32,580 nucleotides of DNA from a virus (Duplodnaviria; Caudoviricetes): positions 1 to 32,580 of the IMG/VR virus record IMGVR_UViG_3300032283_000164; one strand, given 5' to 3'. Of this stretch, positions 15,452 through 25,085 are shown in pieces; the first letter of the stretch is position 1; every line of letters starts with the position of its first letter. The translations under genes and the position numbers were made by a program. Below the pieces are notes generated by a model. The model made no database searches. It saw only the letters and a program-made list of their open reading frames with translations, and was not told where the DNA came from.

Positions 15452-18028
15452 ATGGCAATTATTGTTCCGATTACCTCAACCTTTGATGCCAACGGTGTTA
15501 CTAGAGCAGAACGCGCATTTAAGAATCTTGGTGGTCAAGCCGGGGTATTAGGAAAGTCCGTATCATCTAGTTCTAACCTAATGAAATCTGCGCTTGCTGG
15601 AGTTGGTGCTGCTTCCGTAGTTAAGGGTTTGCAGTCTTCTGTAATGGCTGCATCTAATCTTTCTGAATCTATTGCCAAAACAAACACAGTCTTTGGTAAG
15701 AATGCTAAACAAATACAAGACTGGTCACAAACAACTGCAAGGGCATTAGGTGTTAGCCAACAGGCTGCACTTGAAGCTGCTGGAACTTACGGCAACTTGT
15801 TCCGGGCATTTGGTATTAACGAACAAGAGTCTGCCAAAATGTCGCAGTCACTTGTTACCCTTGCTGCTGACCTTGCTTCATTTAATAACGTGCCAATTGA
15901 CGATGCATTACTTGCATTACGCTCAGGTTTATCTGGTGAAACAGAACCTCTAAAGCGTTTTGGTATTGCTCTTAATGAAACCAGACTTAAAGAAGAAGCC
16001 CTTGCTATGGGTCTTATTAAAACTTCTAAAGGCACATTGCCACAACTGATTAAAACTCAGGCTGCTTATTCCTTGATTATGAAAGATAGTGCGCTTGCTC
16101 AAGGTGACGTAGCTCGTACTGCTGGTGGACTAGCAAACCAATTAAAGTTCTTACAAGCCGGGCTTCAAGATGCTAAGGCTGGATTTGGTGAAGCGTTATT
16201 ACCAATCGTTCTTAATGTTGTAACCGCATTCAATGACAAACTTTTACCAGCAATTGAGCGTGTGGTTAAAGCAATCAAACTTGAAGGTGCAGGCGGTGGA
16301 CTTAAAACAGTAGCAACAGAAATAAGCAATGTGCTTTACAACCTAGATGGTGTTGGTAAAACAATTAAAAACGTCATCACTTTATTTATTGGCATAAAGG
16401 TAGTGATACCAATAGTGCTTGCATTAAGAGCTTCATGGATTGCTGTTTCAGTGTCCATTGGTGCTGCCGCGACTGCAACACAAATCGCTGCTGGTGTTAT
16501 GAAATCTGCTTTAGCAAGTACGGGCATTGGTCTGCTTATTGTTGGACTTGGTTTAGTAGTTCAAAAACTTATAGATTCTCGCATTGCAGCACAGACATTA
16601 GACAAAGAAGTTTTTTTTGTAGTTAGCAATGGCAAGACTCAATGGAATCGTTATGGCAACTCCATTTATCAAGGTACAACAGTTCAACTTAATGCTGCTC
16701 AACTAGCCGCAACTAGGTTGTCAGATGCAATAGATATGGCAAATGTTAAGCTAGTAAAAATAAGAATTCAACAAGGCAAAGCAACTTATAATCCAGTCAC
16801 GAATCCAGCAGGAACTGTTACTGGTGGCGGTGGCGGGGGTACTGGCGGTCTTACTAAGGCTCAAAAGGCTGCCGAAGCTGCTGCAAAAGCCGCTGAAGCT
16901 GCTGCAAAAGCTGCTGCAAAAGCCACTGAAGCTGCTGCAAAAGCTGCTGCAAAAGCTGCTGAAGCTGCTGCAAAAGCTGCTGCAAAAGCTGCTGAAGCTG
17001 CTGCAAAAGCTATGGCTGCTTTGGTTGCTAAGAGTTCTGCTGCTGCAACTAAAGCATTAGACAAGATGAACACAGCATTGACAACTGCTCGTGAAAAATT
17101 ACAGGCTGCTAGGGAAGCATATGCCGATTACAAGAACAGCGTTAAAGACGCAATCATTAGTCAGTTTTCTTTTACGTCTGCATTGAATGGTTTTACCGAT
17201 ACTCAAAAGAACGCAAAAGATGCTGCTGAAAAATTGGCTGAAGCGCAACTTAAATACGATGATGCTTTGAAAGACCCTAAAGATGTAGAAAAGATTGCTG
17301 ATGCCTTAAAAGGATTAACTGCTGCACAAGAAGAAAATGCAAAGGCTACCGCAAACAAGAAAACATTTTTACAAGTTATGCGCGAACAGGCTGCTGCTGC
17401 CGTTAGCTTTGCAAGCAAGGTTCAAACACTTATCTCTATGGGTCTATCAAAATCAGGCATAGATCAAGTTGTCGCAGCAGGCGCAGAAGCCGGAACTGCA
17501 ATTGCAGATGAACTTATTGCCGGTGGTACAGGTGCTATCCAAGAAACCAATTCTTTATTAAATAGCGTGAGAGGTGCTGCTACTGCGTTAGGAACTGATG
17601 CTGCAAATGCTTTCTATCAAGCAGGTGTAACAAATGGTCAAGCCTTAGTTAATGGTGTGATTAACGCTGTAACTGCTGCTGGATTCCGCATGGTGGGTGG
17701 CGCGGTTGCTTTGCCAGCCAAATTGCAAGCAGCAATAAATAAAGGAAAATTGACACCAGCACAAGTTACAGAACTAAATTCTCTACTTGCAGGTGTTCCA
17801 AAATTGGCAGCAGGTGGCATTGTAAACAAGCCAACACTTGCAATGATTGGTGAAGCCGGGCCTGAAGCTGTCATTCCTTTATCAGGTCGCAATGCAGGAA
17901 TGGGTAACACGATCAACCTAACTGTCAATGCAGGCATGGGCGCAGACGGAAATCAAATAGGTCGTGAGATCGTGGACATTATTAAGCGTTACGAGCGCGT
18001 GAGTGGCCCAGTCTTTGCGAGCGCATAG
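15452..18028 (+). CDS. Tape measure protein
   Basis: 858 aa, Ala-rich and helical; LAADLASFNN, SGETEPLKRFG, LAAGGIVNKPTLAMIGEAGPEAVIPL motifs; follows the chaperones. Confidence 0.93.
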   Translation: MAIIVPITSTFDANGVTRAERAFKNLGGQAGVLGKSVSSSSNLMKSALAGVGAASVVKGLQSSVMAASNLSESIAKTNTVFGKNAKQIQDWSQTTARALGVSQQAALEAAGTYGNLFRAFGINEQESAKMSQSLVTLAADLASFNNVPIDDALLALRSGLSGETEPLKRFGIALNETRLKEEALAMGLIKTSKGTLPQLIKTQAAYSLIMKDSALAQGDVARTAGGLANQLKFLQAGLQDAKAGFGEALLPIVLNVVTAFNDKLLPAIERVVKAIKLEGAGGGLKTVATEISNVLYNLDGVGKTIKNVITLFIGIKVVIPIVLALRASWIAVSVSIGAAATATQIAAGVMKSALASTGIGLLIVGLGLVVQKLIDSRIAAQTLDKEVFFVVSNGKTQWNRYGNSIYQGTTVQLNAAQLAATRLSDAIDMANVKLVKIRIQQGKATYNPVTNPAGTVTGGGGGGTGGLTKAQKAAEAAAKAAEAAAKAAAKATEAAAKAAAKAAEAAAKAAAKAAEAAAKAMAALVAKSSAAATKALDKMNTALTTAREKLQAAREAYADYKNSVKDAIISQFSFTSALNGFTDTQKNAKDAAEKLAEAQLKYDDALKDPKDVEKIADALKGLTAAQEENAKATANKKTFLQVMREQAAAAVSFASKVQTLISMGLSKSGIDQVVAAGAEAGTAIADELIAGGTGAIQETNSLLNSVRGAATALGTDAANAFYQAGVTNGQALVNGVINAVTAAGFRMVGGAVALPAKLQAAINKGKLTPAQVTELNSLLAGVPKLAAGGIVNKPTLAMIGEAGPEAVIPLSGRNAGMGNTINLTVNAGMGADGNQIGREIVDIIKRYERVSGPVFASA
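16868..17011 (+). repeat. In-frame tandem repeat encoding EAAAK/AAAK units in the tape measure protein
   Basis: Near-identical GAAGCTGCTGCAAAAGCY and GCTGCAAAAGCY units, with a 33-bp period over much of the tract. Confidence 0.9.
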
Positions 18029-19335
18029 TGGCTGTTCCAGTAACTAAGGTCTTTATTGGATTCGACTTGGCTGCTTCTGGTGGCAACTTGTTTACTCTTA
18101 ATGACACCACTAAGGGCAAACTTGATTCGTCTTTTGTGCTTGGTGGCGATGTGCTTACTGATGTTACTCAGTATGTTTCTTCTGTTACCGTTGATCGTGG
18201 CAAGTCGCGTGAACTGGACAGGTATACAGCAGGACACGCATCAGTAACCCTGCATAATGATTCCCGTATCTTTGACCCATTCAATGCTTCAAGCATTTAC
18301 TATTCACAGATTCTGCCACGCAAACCAATAGCCATTGAAACAAATGGTGAGCGTGTGTTTACCGGGTTCATAGATGATTGGGATTTGACCTATGACATTT
18401 CAGGAAAGTCCTATGCAAGCGTGTCTGCCGTTGATGGCTTCTTGCGTTTATCCGCAGCTGAACTAGATTCCTTTACTGCTACGAGCCAGTTAAGCTCAGA
18501 CCGCATCACTGCAATTCTTAACCGCCCTGAAGTTGCTTGGCCTATTGCTAACCGTTCTATTGCAACTGGTCTAACTACTTTGCAGGCTGACGTAGTTCCA
18601 GAGAACTCCAACGCCTTGCAGTATTTACAGCTAGTAGAAACATCAGAAAACGGCAGACTCTTTGTTGATCGCTCTGGTGCGGTTACATTCAAGAACCGTG
18701 TAACAATTCCACCGCTAACAGATACCATTACTTTTGCTGACGATGCAACGGCTAACGGTATCGGTTACACAAACATTGGTGTTGTCTATGGTTCAGAAAA
18801 TCTTTACAACCGGGTGACTATCACTAGAGCAGGTGGCACACCGCAGGTTGCTGACTCACTAGCATCACAGAACCTTTACGGTATTGCTGCCTATTCGATT
18901 GACGGGGTACTACTGACCACCGATAGTGAAGCCCTATCTCTAGCTGAATACTTAGTTGGTTTGTATGACGAACCTGAACTACGCATTAACTCGGTGACCG
19001 TAAACTTGCACGACAAGACTTCAACTCAAGTAAACGATCTGATAAACATTGAGATAGCTGACGTTGTTCAGGTAATCTTTACGCCTAATAAAATAGGCAC
19101 AGCCATAGACCAGTACGGAATTGTTACTGGTATCAAGAACAACATAGGCATTGACCGACACGAATTAACCTTTGACTTAGGTTCGGTTTCCAGTTTCCCA
19201 CTTATTTTGGACAACCCTATCTATGGCAGGCTTGGTGGCGCGTTGCCAGTCTACGATTCAGCTACTACCGCATACGATGCACCACTGATAAACTATGACG
19301 GGTCAGAGCAATTTGGCTACGTTCTTGCATACTAA
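18028..19335 (+). CDS. Minor tail protein (tail tip/hub)
   Basis: Directly after the tape measure gene (TAGTG overlap); DVTQYVSSVTVDRG, LHNDSRIFDP, VFTGFIDDW, GRLFVDRSGAVTF patterns. Confidence 0.75.
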   Translation: MAVPVTKVFIGFDLAASGGNLFTLNDTTKGKLDSSFVLGGDVLTDVTQYVSSVTVDRGKSRELDRYTAGHASVTLHNDSRIFDPFNASSIYYSQILPRKPIAIETNGERVFTGFIDDWDLTYDISGKSYASVSAVDGFLRLSAAELDSFTATSQLSSDRITAILNRPEVAWPIANRSIATGLTTLQADVVPENSNALQYLQLVETSENGRLFVDRSGAVTFKNRVTIPPLTDTITFADDATANGIGYTNIGVVYGSENLYNRVTITRAGGTPQVADSLASQNLYGIAAYSIDGVLLTTDSEALSLAEYLVGLYDEPELRINSVTVNLHDKTSTQVNDLINIEIADVVQVIFTPNKIGTAIDQYGIVTGIKNNIGIDRHELTFDLGSVSSFPLILDNPIYGRLGGALPVYDSATTAYDAPLINYDGSEQFGYVLAY

Positions 19336-19344
19336 GGATTCTCT

Positions 19345-20007
19345 ATGGCAACTAACTTTCCAACTAGCGTTGATGCTTTAACCAACCCTGTTTCTAATGA
19401 CTCACTAAACAGCCCTAGTCATTCAGCACAACACGCAAACGCTAACGATGCGATTGAAGCCATTGAGGGTTACTTACTAACTGGTGCTGGTGCTGCCGGT
19501 CTTGTAAAAATTATTCCAACTGGTGCAACGAATGGAACTGTTGGTGCTACTGGCAATGTCACAATTGGTTCTGCTGTATCTTCTGTTGCTGTTCTTGGTT
19601 GCTTTACGACTCTTTATGACAACTACAAAATTATTGTTTCAGGTGGTGCTGGAAGCACCTCAAACATTATTTTAAGATTACAACTGGGAAGCGTAAATAC
19701 AGGTTATTATTCAAACTTTATTTATGCTCCTTATGCTGCTGGTTCAGTTCTATCAGTTGCTAACAACAATGGTGCTAATTTTAATTACGCAGGAAATGCT
19801 GACGGCGTTAGCATAAACGCAAACATAGAAATAAGTAGTCCTTTTATTACTGAACAAAAAATGTTTTCTGCTACTTACTATGACACAGCAAGCACTGGTA
19901 GAACTCAAGGCATTCTTAGTAGCACAAGTTCAATAACAGATTTCACACTTTCATTATCAACTGGAACTTTAACTGGTGGCACAATTCGTGTCTACGGTTT
20001 CAAGTAA
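19345..20007 (+). CDS. Putative tail fibre/receptor-binding protein
   Basis: MATNFPTSVD...HANANDAIEAIE anchor-like N-terminus; Gly/Ser/Thr-rich beta C-domain ending GTIRVYG. Confidence 0.6.
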   Translation: MATNFPTSVDALTNPVSNDSLNSPSHSAQHANANDAIEAIEGYLLTGAGAAGLVKIIPTGATNGTVGATGNVTIGSAVSSVAVLGCFTTLYDNYKIIVSGGAGSTSNIILRLQLGSVNTGYYSNFIYAPYAAGSVLSVANNNGANFNYAGNADGVSINANIEISSPFITEQKMFSATYYDTASTGRTQGILSSTSSITDFTLSLSTGTLTGGTIRVYGFK

Positions 20008-20034
20008 ACTTAGAAACAACACAGGAGTAAAACA

Positions 20035-20649
20035 ATGGCAGGCTTAGGCAGAAAAGTATTTACCGCAGGTGATGTACTTACGGCAAGTGATGTTCAGTCG
20101 TACCTTCAAGATCAAACACTTATGGTCTTCGCAGGAACTGCTGCACGTTCATCCGCAATTGCAACACCTACTGAAGGTATGTTTGCAGTTACTACTGACG
20201 ATGATGAAGTTGATTACTACAACGGTTCTGCTTGGGTTCCAGCGTTACCTGTTGGTGCTTGGAAAGCGTTCACGCCGACATTATCTGGGCTTACGATAGG
20301 CAATGGAGTTTTAGATTTTAAGTATTCACAAATTGGAAAAACTGTTCACGTCAAAGGAAAGATAACACTTGGCTCAACAAGTTCGGTAACAACAACAGTT
20401 GATATCGGAACACCTGTTGCGAGTACGGGATATTCAACTGGTTATCTTTTGGGCAATTTTGCTGCTTACAATAACACAACTGTCTGGTCTGGCATGATGA
20501 TTAGCGTGGCAAACACAACTTCTTTTCGAGTAGTTATTCAAGATACAAGCACAACTTTTGCAAAAGCAGCTGATATTTCCGCATCAAACCCATTTACTTG
20601 GGCAAATACGCACACAATGTTTGTCACTTATACATATGAAGCAGCGTAA
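20035..20649 (+). CDS. Putative tail fibre protein
   Basis: FTAGDVLTASDVQSYL, PTEGM, YYNGSAWV, WKAFTPTLSG...YSQIGKTVHV patterns; AGGAG RBS. Confidence 0.65.
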   Translation: MAGLGRKVFTAGDVLTASDVQSYLQDQTLMVFAGTAARSSAIATPTEGMFAVTTDDDEVDYYNGSAWVPALPVGAWKAFTPTLSGLTIGNGVLDFKYSQIGKTVHVKGKITLGSTSSVTTTVDIGTPVASTGYSTGYLLGNFAAYNNTTVWSGMMISVANTTSFRVVIQDTSTTFAKAADISASNPFTWANTHTMFVTYTYEAA

Positions 20650-20651
20650 TT

Positions 20652-20804
20652 ATGGTCACTTTCAAATGTAATTCTGATAAGTGTGCTAATAAAAATGTTG
20701 ATTACAACTTTATAGGCAACCCAGAAACTGCAATGTGTGGTGGATGCAAAGAAACTTTAGTTGCTTCTGACTTGCGTGATGACCCAGAACTAACAACAGA
20801 GTAA
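20652..20804 (+). CDS. Small Cys-rich protein (50 aa; not in ORF track)
   Basis: MVTFKCNSDKCANKNVDYNFIGNPETAMCGGCKETLVASDLRDDPELTTE; Cx4C...CxxC; fills the gap after the fibre gene. Confidence 0.6.
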   Translation: MVTFKCNSDKCANKNVDYNFIGNPETAMCGGCKETLVASDLRDDPELTTE

Positions 20805-20845
20805 ACTTGTTATAACACCCTGCGCTTAAATCTTTTGGAGTTACA

Positions 20846-21088
20846 TTGAAGCGCAAACAAGTTCAAGACATTCTTACCCGTATGGTCGCAGTAGTTGTGG
20901 CATCTGTTATGGGAACAATCGGTGCTGGTGCAATCATTGGCGTTGAGTTGTGGAAGTCAGCAAGCATGGCTGCAATTCTTGGCGTGGCTATTGTGCTTGA
21001 AGGTCTAGCGCGTGCTTACATCGCCGACGGCAAACTTGATGCAGATGAAATCAACGAGTCTTTCAGTAAGGCCAACGGCAAAAAGTAA
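20846..21088 (+). CDS. Putative holin (two transmembrane segments)
   Basis: Two hydrophobic helices and a charged C-terminus; TTG start with GGAG RBS; near the endolysin. Confidence 0.6.
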   Translation: MKRKQVQDILTRMVAVVVASVMGTIGAGAIIGVELWKSASMAAILGVAIVLEGLARAYIADGKLDADEINESFSKANGKK

Positions 21089-22453
21089 ATGAAGCGCACA
21101 AGGGTTTTCCTAACTGCGCTTTTAGTCGGAGCATTTTTGCTTGCTACACCTGCTCAAGCAGATGTTGTTTGCAACACTTATACATTCACACGCGATGATG
21201 ATTCTGCTTACAACGCCAACTTGCCATTTAGCCTGTCATTAGGTTCTGCTGAATACAGCAACGTCTACATAACGACAAACGGCACGATGACCTTTGGAAC
21301 ACCTGACGGTAACTTTGGGGACTACCCACAAACCCCGTCTGTATCTGTTGCTGGCTATGACTGGGTTACTTTTGGTGACGGTGCGTACCTAAGCTACGGC
21401 TCAACTGCTAACACGTTTTGCGCTGAGTGGAGCGTTCGACCATACCCACAATCAATTGGTGAACTAACGCAGATCAGACTTGTTATCAACCGCAATGACA
21501 ATGGCTCATGGCATGGTGAAGTAGTTACGTTTGGTTGGTTGCCTTCAAACTTACGTCGGGGTATCCGCTTTGAACAAGGTCAAGCAGTCGTGCCAATTGA
21601 AGCTGCCTTTGATGTAAACGGTGGAGTGCCTATCGAAGTAGAACCTGCACCAACTCCAAGTTCATTTACTGAGCCGCCTGTTGTACCTACGCCAATACCG
21701 ACACAAACGCCAGAGCCTGAACCGACTGCAAGCGTTGTACCAACTCTGAACCCAGAGCCAACGCCAACGCCTGAACCTAGTCAAAGCTCATCACCAACCC
21801 CAGAACCCATAGCAACGACAACACTAGAACCCACGCCAGAAGCCACACAAGCACCAGAGCCTAGCGCAACACCTACAACAGTAGTTGAACCAGAGCCAAC
21901 CCTAGAACCGACACCAGAGCCAGAACCAACACCAACGCAGCAACCCCAAGAACCAGTAGAAGAACCACAAACGGAAGTAACCCCAGAACCCGAACCAACC
22001 ATTGAGCCATCAGAACCACCTTTAGAACCAACACTAGAGCCAACTGCTGATGAACTTACGCAAGCAGTAATAGATAATGCCCTAGCAGATGGTGTGCTTA
22101 CAGATACAGAACGTGAACTTGTAGCTGATGCTTTGGTTGAAGAGTTTGCAGGTGAAGCAATTACGTTTGAAGCACTGCAAGAAGCCGGGCTTGACTTTGA
22201 GGACTTGCCACCTGAAACACCAGTGACCTTAGAAAACGGTGTTGTCTTATCTGCTGAAGTTGCAGATGCTTTGGAAATCTTTGACTCAGGCGCAGAGGTT
22301 CTAGCAACAATCTTGGAAAATCCTGCCAAAGCACTTAAGGCTCTAGTCAGTATTGGCGCAGACATGACAGAAGAAGAACGAGAAACAGCGCAGAACACAG
22401 TAGTTGCAGCAGTCGTTGTAACGCAGGTAGCTCAAGTTAGGAAAACAAAATGA
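21089..22453 (+). CDS. Exported protein with signal peptide, beta-domain, long Pro/Thr/Glu linker and acidic helical C-domain
   Basis: MKRTRVFLTALLVGAFLLATPAQA signal peptide; ~140-aa PEPT-rich tract; C-terminal VVAAVVVTQVAQVRKTK. Confidence 0.75.
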   Translation: MKRTRVFLTALLVGAFLLATPAQADVVCNTYTFTRDDDSAYNANLPFSLSLGSAEYSNVYITTNGTMTFGTPDGNFGDYPQTPSVSVAGYDWVTFGDGAYLSYGSTANTFCAEWSVRPYPQSIGELTQIRLVINRNDNGSWHGEVVTFGWLPSNLRRGIRFEQGQAVVPIEAAFDVNGGVPIEVEPAPTPSSFTEPPVVPTPIPTQTPEPEPTASVVPTLNPEPTPTPEPSQSSSPTPEPIATTTLEPTPEATQAPEPSATPTTVVEPEPTLEPTPEPEPTPTQQPQEPVEEPQTEVTPEPEPTIEPSEPPLEPTLEPTADELTQAVIDNALADGVLTDTERELVADALVEEFAGEAITFEALQEAGLDFEDLPPETPVTLENGVVLSAEVADALEIFDSGAEVLATILENPAKALKALVSIGADMTEEERETAQNTVVAAVVVTQVAQVRKTK

Positions 22454-22629
22454 AGTGGTTAAAAAAATACCTGCGTGAAATTACTGGCGAAACTTACACG
22501 TTCGTTGGTCTGTTGATTGCTTACGCAACACTTACAGGTTCAGCTCGTACAGTTACGGGTTACATCATTCTGGTTGGTGCATTGGTCTGGCTGATAACAT
22601 TGCCTTTAAGACAAGATGATAAGGATTAG
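22450..22629 (+). CDS. Small two-TM membrane protein (59 aa; not in ORF track)
   Basis: MKWLKKYLREITGETYTFVGLLIAYATLTGSARTVTGYIILVGALVWLITLPLRQDDKD; ATGA-coupled to the upstream gene. Confidence 0.72.
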   Translation: MKWLKKYLREITGETYTFVGLLIAYATLTGSARTVTGYIILVGALVWLITLPLRQDDKD

Positions 22630-22632
22630 ATT

Positions 22633-23031
22633 ATGGCAATGCCAATTAAAGGTCACCCAATTTCGACACCGTTTGGAGTCAAGGGAAAATTATGGTCAAG
22701 CGGTAGGCATGAAGGAATAGATGTTGCTTGCCCTGTTGGTACTGACATTTTTGCTCCTTGCGATGGCACAGTTGTAAAGGTCGGTCAATGTTGGGGTGCT
22801 GCATTTGGACAGAACTCAGTGTTGCTAAAGGTTAAAGGCGGGCATCTTCTGTTTGCGCATTGCTCTAAAGCCCTAGTCAAGGTAGGCGAGAAGGTTACTA
22901 AGGGTCAGCACATAGCTGAAGTTGGTAAAGACGGAAACGTAACCGGGCCACATTTGCACATGGAATTGCAAAAAGGGCCGGGCTGGAAAAAGGGCGGCGG
23001 TCTAGACCCTGCTGCAATCCTTGCTTCGTAG
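22633..23031 (+). CDS. M23-family metallopeptidase (putative endolysin)
   Basis: HEGID (HxxxD) and GPHLH (HxH) zinc-ligand motifs. Confidence 0.88.
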   Translation: MAMPIKGHPISTPFGVKGKLWSSGRHEGIDVACPVGTDIFAPCDGTVVKVGQCWGAAFGQNSVLLKVKGGHLLFAHCSKALVKVGEKVTKGQHIAEVGKDGNVTGPHLHMELQKGPGWKKGGGLDPAAILAS

Positions 23032-23033
23032 TC

Positions 23034-23315
23034 ATGGGACTAATTGAACTAGGGCAATACGCAGCAGCCCTAACTGCGATCTTGATTCTTGCCGGCACAG
23101 CTATTAAGTGGGGCATTGTTAAACCTATTAAGGCGTACATAGACACCATGACCTACGCAATTCAGCCACACGCCAACGGTGGCAAAAGCCTGCCAGATGT
23201 AGTGGCAACCGTAAACCGCATTGAGTCGCGTATTGGTGACCTTGACTATCGCCTTAATTCAATAGAAGAATTAGTAACAAAACCTGCAACACGCGCCAAA
23301 AAGACAACAGCCTGA
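23034..23315 (+). CDS. Single-TM lysis-module membrane protein with coiled-coil tail
   Basis: N-terminal hydrophobic helix, NGGKSLPD motif, heptad-like C-terminus; directly after the endolysin. Confidence 0.6.
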   Translation: MGLIELGQYAAALTAILILAGTAIKWGIVKPIKAYIDTMTYAIQPHANGGKSLPDVVATVNRIESRIGDLDYRLNSIEELVTKPATRAKKTTA

Positions 23316-23357
23316 CGTACCTGCGCTCTAGACTTATCTAGACGAAAGGTGGTCACA

Positions 23358-23600
23358 ATGGCCTTACTTGACGATCTAGAAAATGTAAGCCGCAAGAAAG
23401 CATCTTGTAGCATTGCAGAAATAATCAAGACCCTTAACACGCAAGAAGCCAAAGCACTAAACAAAGCACTAGATGACCCTGATTCAAGCCCTACAAATCT
23501 GGCAATGATTCTAAATAAGAACGGTCACAAGATTAGCCGTCAAACAATAAACAGACACCGCAACCGCAAGACAAATGCGGAAGGATGTAAATGCCCATGA
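23358..23600 (+). CDS. Small basic protein with possible helix-turn-helix
   Basis: GAAAGG RBS; TNLAMILNKNGHKISRQTINRHR followed by CKC. Confidence 0.6.
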   Translation: MALLDDLENVSRKKASCSIAEIIKTLNTQEAKALNKALDDPDSSPTNLAMILNKNGHKISRQTINRHRNRKTNAEGCKCP

Positions 23601-24775
23601 GCCTTACAGATGATCTTTCAAAGTTAGGCGATGACGAACAGCGCAAGCGCGTTGCTAAGTCAATTCCAGCAGGCTTTGAACCCGGCATTGAGTACGACTC
23701 AAGCGGTGGCGTTCTACGATCTGTTCCAAGACCAGCAGGTGATGAACCAGATCACGCTGAACTACTAGCCGAGTTTGAGCTTGACCCTGCCAAGTGGCGC
23801 ATCACAGGTTTACGCCGTAGCAAGTGGCAGCGTTGGGATGGCGAATGGCTTGAGTCGTTTAGAGCCACATTCGTTCCGCATGGTGGAACACACTACGTTC
23901 CAGTTGACGATCTACTTGCGATAGTTGCGAAGTGGAAGCCCAGCAGTACCCCTAGGAAGCCCACAGAAGCCCGTACAGGCTCGATTGCCTATGTTGTGGT
24001 ACTTGCAGACACCCAAGTAGGAAAGATTGACGGTGGTGGCTCTGAGGAAATTATCAAGAATGTATTACACAAGACAGACTTAGCCGTTGCCAGACTCAAA
24101 GAGCTACGCAAGGCAGGGCGCGACATTGGAACGGTCTACATACCTCAGCTCGGGGACTGTATCGAAGGCTTTAGCAGCAACGGCGGAAAGAATGCGTGGA
24201 GAACGGATTTAGATTTAACTTCTCAGATTCGTGTCTATCGCAGATTGCTCTTGCACATGGTCAAGACCTTTGCGCCACTAGCTGACCGCGTGATCGTGCC
24301 TTGTGTTCCCGGTAACCACGATGAAGCGGTGCGCGTTGGTAACTCAATGGCTACGACATACACCGATTCGTTCGCGCTAGATGCAGCTTCAGCCGTTGCC
24401 GATGCGCTGGCAGATCATCCTGATTACAAGCACGTTAGTTTTGTCTTTCCAAAGTACGACACCTTGACGGTGACTCTGGACATGGCTGGCACAGTTGTTG
24501 GACTAGCTCATGGTCACCAATGCCGGGGCAAAGTTATTGACTGGTGGAAGAACATGGCACACGGGCAACAAGACATTGGCGAATCTAGTTTGCTATTGAC
24601 TGGTCATTACCATCACTTGCGCGTTGAGCAGTCAGGTCGCAAGACTTGGATTCAAGCACCAGCACTAGACGGTGGCTCAACTTGGTTTGAGAACTCAACA
24701 GGCGCAGCATCACCAGCAGGAATGCTTACGCTAACTATCGGTGAAGGGAAATGGGATGACCTCAAAATCCTGTAA
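23597..24775 (+). CDS. Calcineurin-like metallophosphoesterase
   Basis: LADTQVGK, LGDCIEG, PGNHD, AHGH and TGHYHH motifs. Confidence 0.85.
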   Translation: MSLTDDLSKLGDDEQRKRVAKSIPAGFEPGIEYDSSGGVLRSVPRPAGDEPDHAELLAEFELDPAKWRITGLRRSKWQRWDGEWLESFRATFVPHGGTHYVPVDDLLAIVAKWKPSSTPRKPTEARTGSIAYVVVLADTQVGKIDGGGSEEIIKNVLHKTDLAVARLKELRKAGRDIGTVYIPQLGDCIEGFSSNGGKNAWRTDLDLTSQIRVYRRLLLHMVKTFAPLADRVIVPCVPGNHDEAVRVGNSMATTYTDSFALDAASAVADALADHPDYKHVSFVFPKYDTLTVTLDMAGTVVGLAHGHQCRGKVIDWWKNMAHGQQDIGESSLLLTGHYHHLRVEQSGRKTWIQAPALDGGSTWFENSTGAASPAGMLTLTIGEGKWDDLKIL

Positions 24776-24860
24776 GCATGAATGGATTGAAATTCGATAC
24801 GCAGTTTATTCAGTTGTTGAATGTCGCAAGTGTTACGAGGTGATGCAAATTGACAAGTGA
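24756..24860 (+). CDS. Tiny zinc-finger-like protein (34 aa; not in ORF track)
   Basis: MTSKSCKHEWIEIRYAVYSVVECRKCYEVMQIDK; CxHxW...CxxC; overlaps both neighbours. Confidence 0.5.
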   Translation: MTSKSCKHEWIEIRYAVYSVVECRKCYEVMQIDK

Positions 24861-25071
24861 AGAACTAGCTGACCAAGTAACGGCCTGCGTTGAGTCCTTG
24901 CGTTCGCGCATTGTCGGAACTGGTGACCAGCAATACAGCCGGGGTAACGAACAGTCAATTGAAACAAAGTCTGGCGGTCAGGTGTTGCAAGAAACGCTCG
25001 AAGAACTAGACGATGCAATTGTGTATTTGGCACACTTACGCGCTAGACTTTCAAGACTTGCGCAGCTCTAG
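24850..25071 (+). CDS. Small helical protein, possibly MazG/all-alpha NTP pyrophosphatase-like
   Basis: ETLEELDDAIVY resembles the ExxD acidic helix; TTG start with GAGGTG RBS. Functional call is weak. Confidence 0.45.
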   Translation: MTSEELADQVTACVESLRSRIVGTGDQQYSRGNEQSIETKSGGQVLQETLEELDDAIVYLAHLRARLSRLAQL

Positions 25072-25085
25072 GCAATCCCTAGACC

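Noticed and set aside
16611-16618. T8 homopolymer in the tape measure gene as a second phase-variable site
   Set aside because: The frame is intact (EVFFV) and the gene is essential; T runs are expected at this composition.
16868-17011. Possible CRISPR array or synthetic EAAAK linker
   Set aside because: No unique spacers; units are irregular and in frame within a native tape measure gene, and no vector sequence is seen.
16824-17073. Alternative-frame ORFs with LLQK or AAAF repeats
   Set aside because: By-products of the stop-free EAAAK minisatellite.
19345-20649. Diversity-generating retroelement or invertible tail-fibre cassette
   Set aside because: No reverse transcriptase, recombinase, template/variable repeat pair or flanking inverted repeats seen.
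20808-20817. Perfect palindrome TGTTATAACA upstream of the holin-like gene
   Set aside because: Single AT-rich 10-mer with no second copy found; insufficient support for an operator.
21781-22398. 205-aa minus-strand ORF and the other minus-strand ORFs in the track
   Set aside because: They are antisense shadows of well-supported + strand genes (here the Pro/Thr repeat), with no RBS or recognisable motifs.
9474-23328. CCTGCGCT 8-mer in three intergenic regions (9474 reverse, 20819, 23320)
   Set aside because: It also occurs inside coding sequence (about 1432 and 7197) and orientation varies, so it cannot be told from chance.
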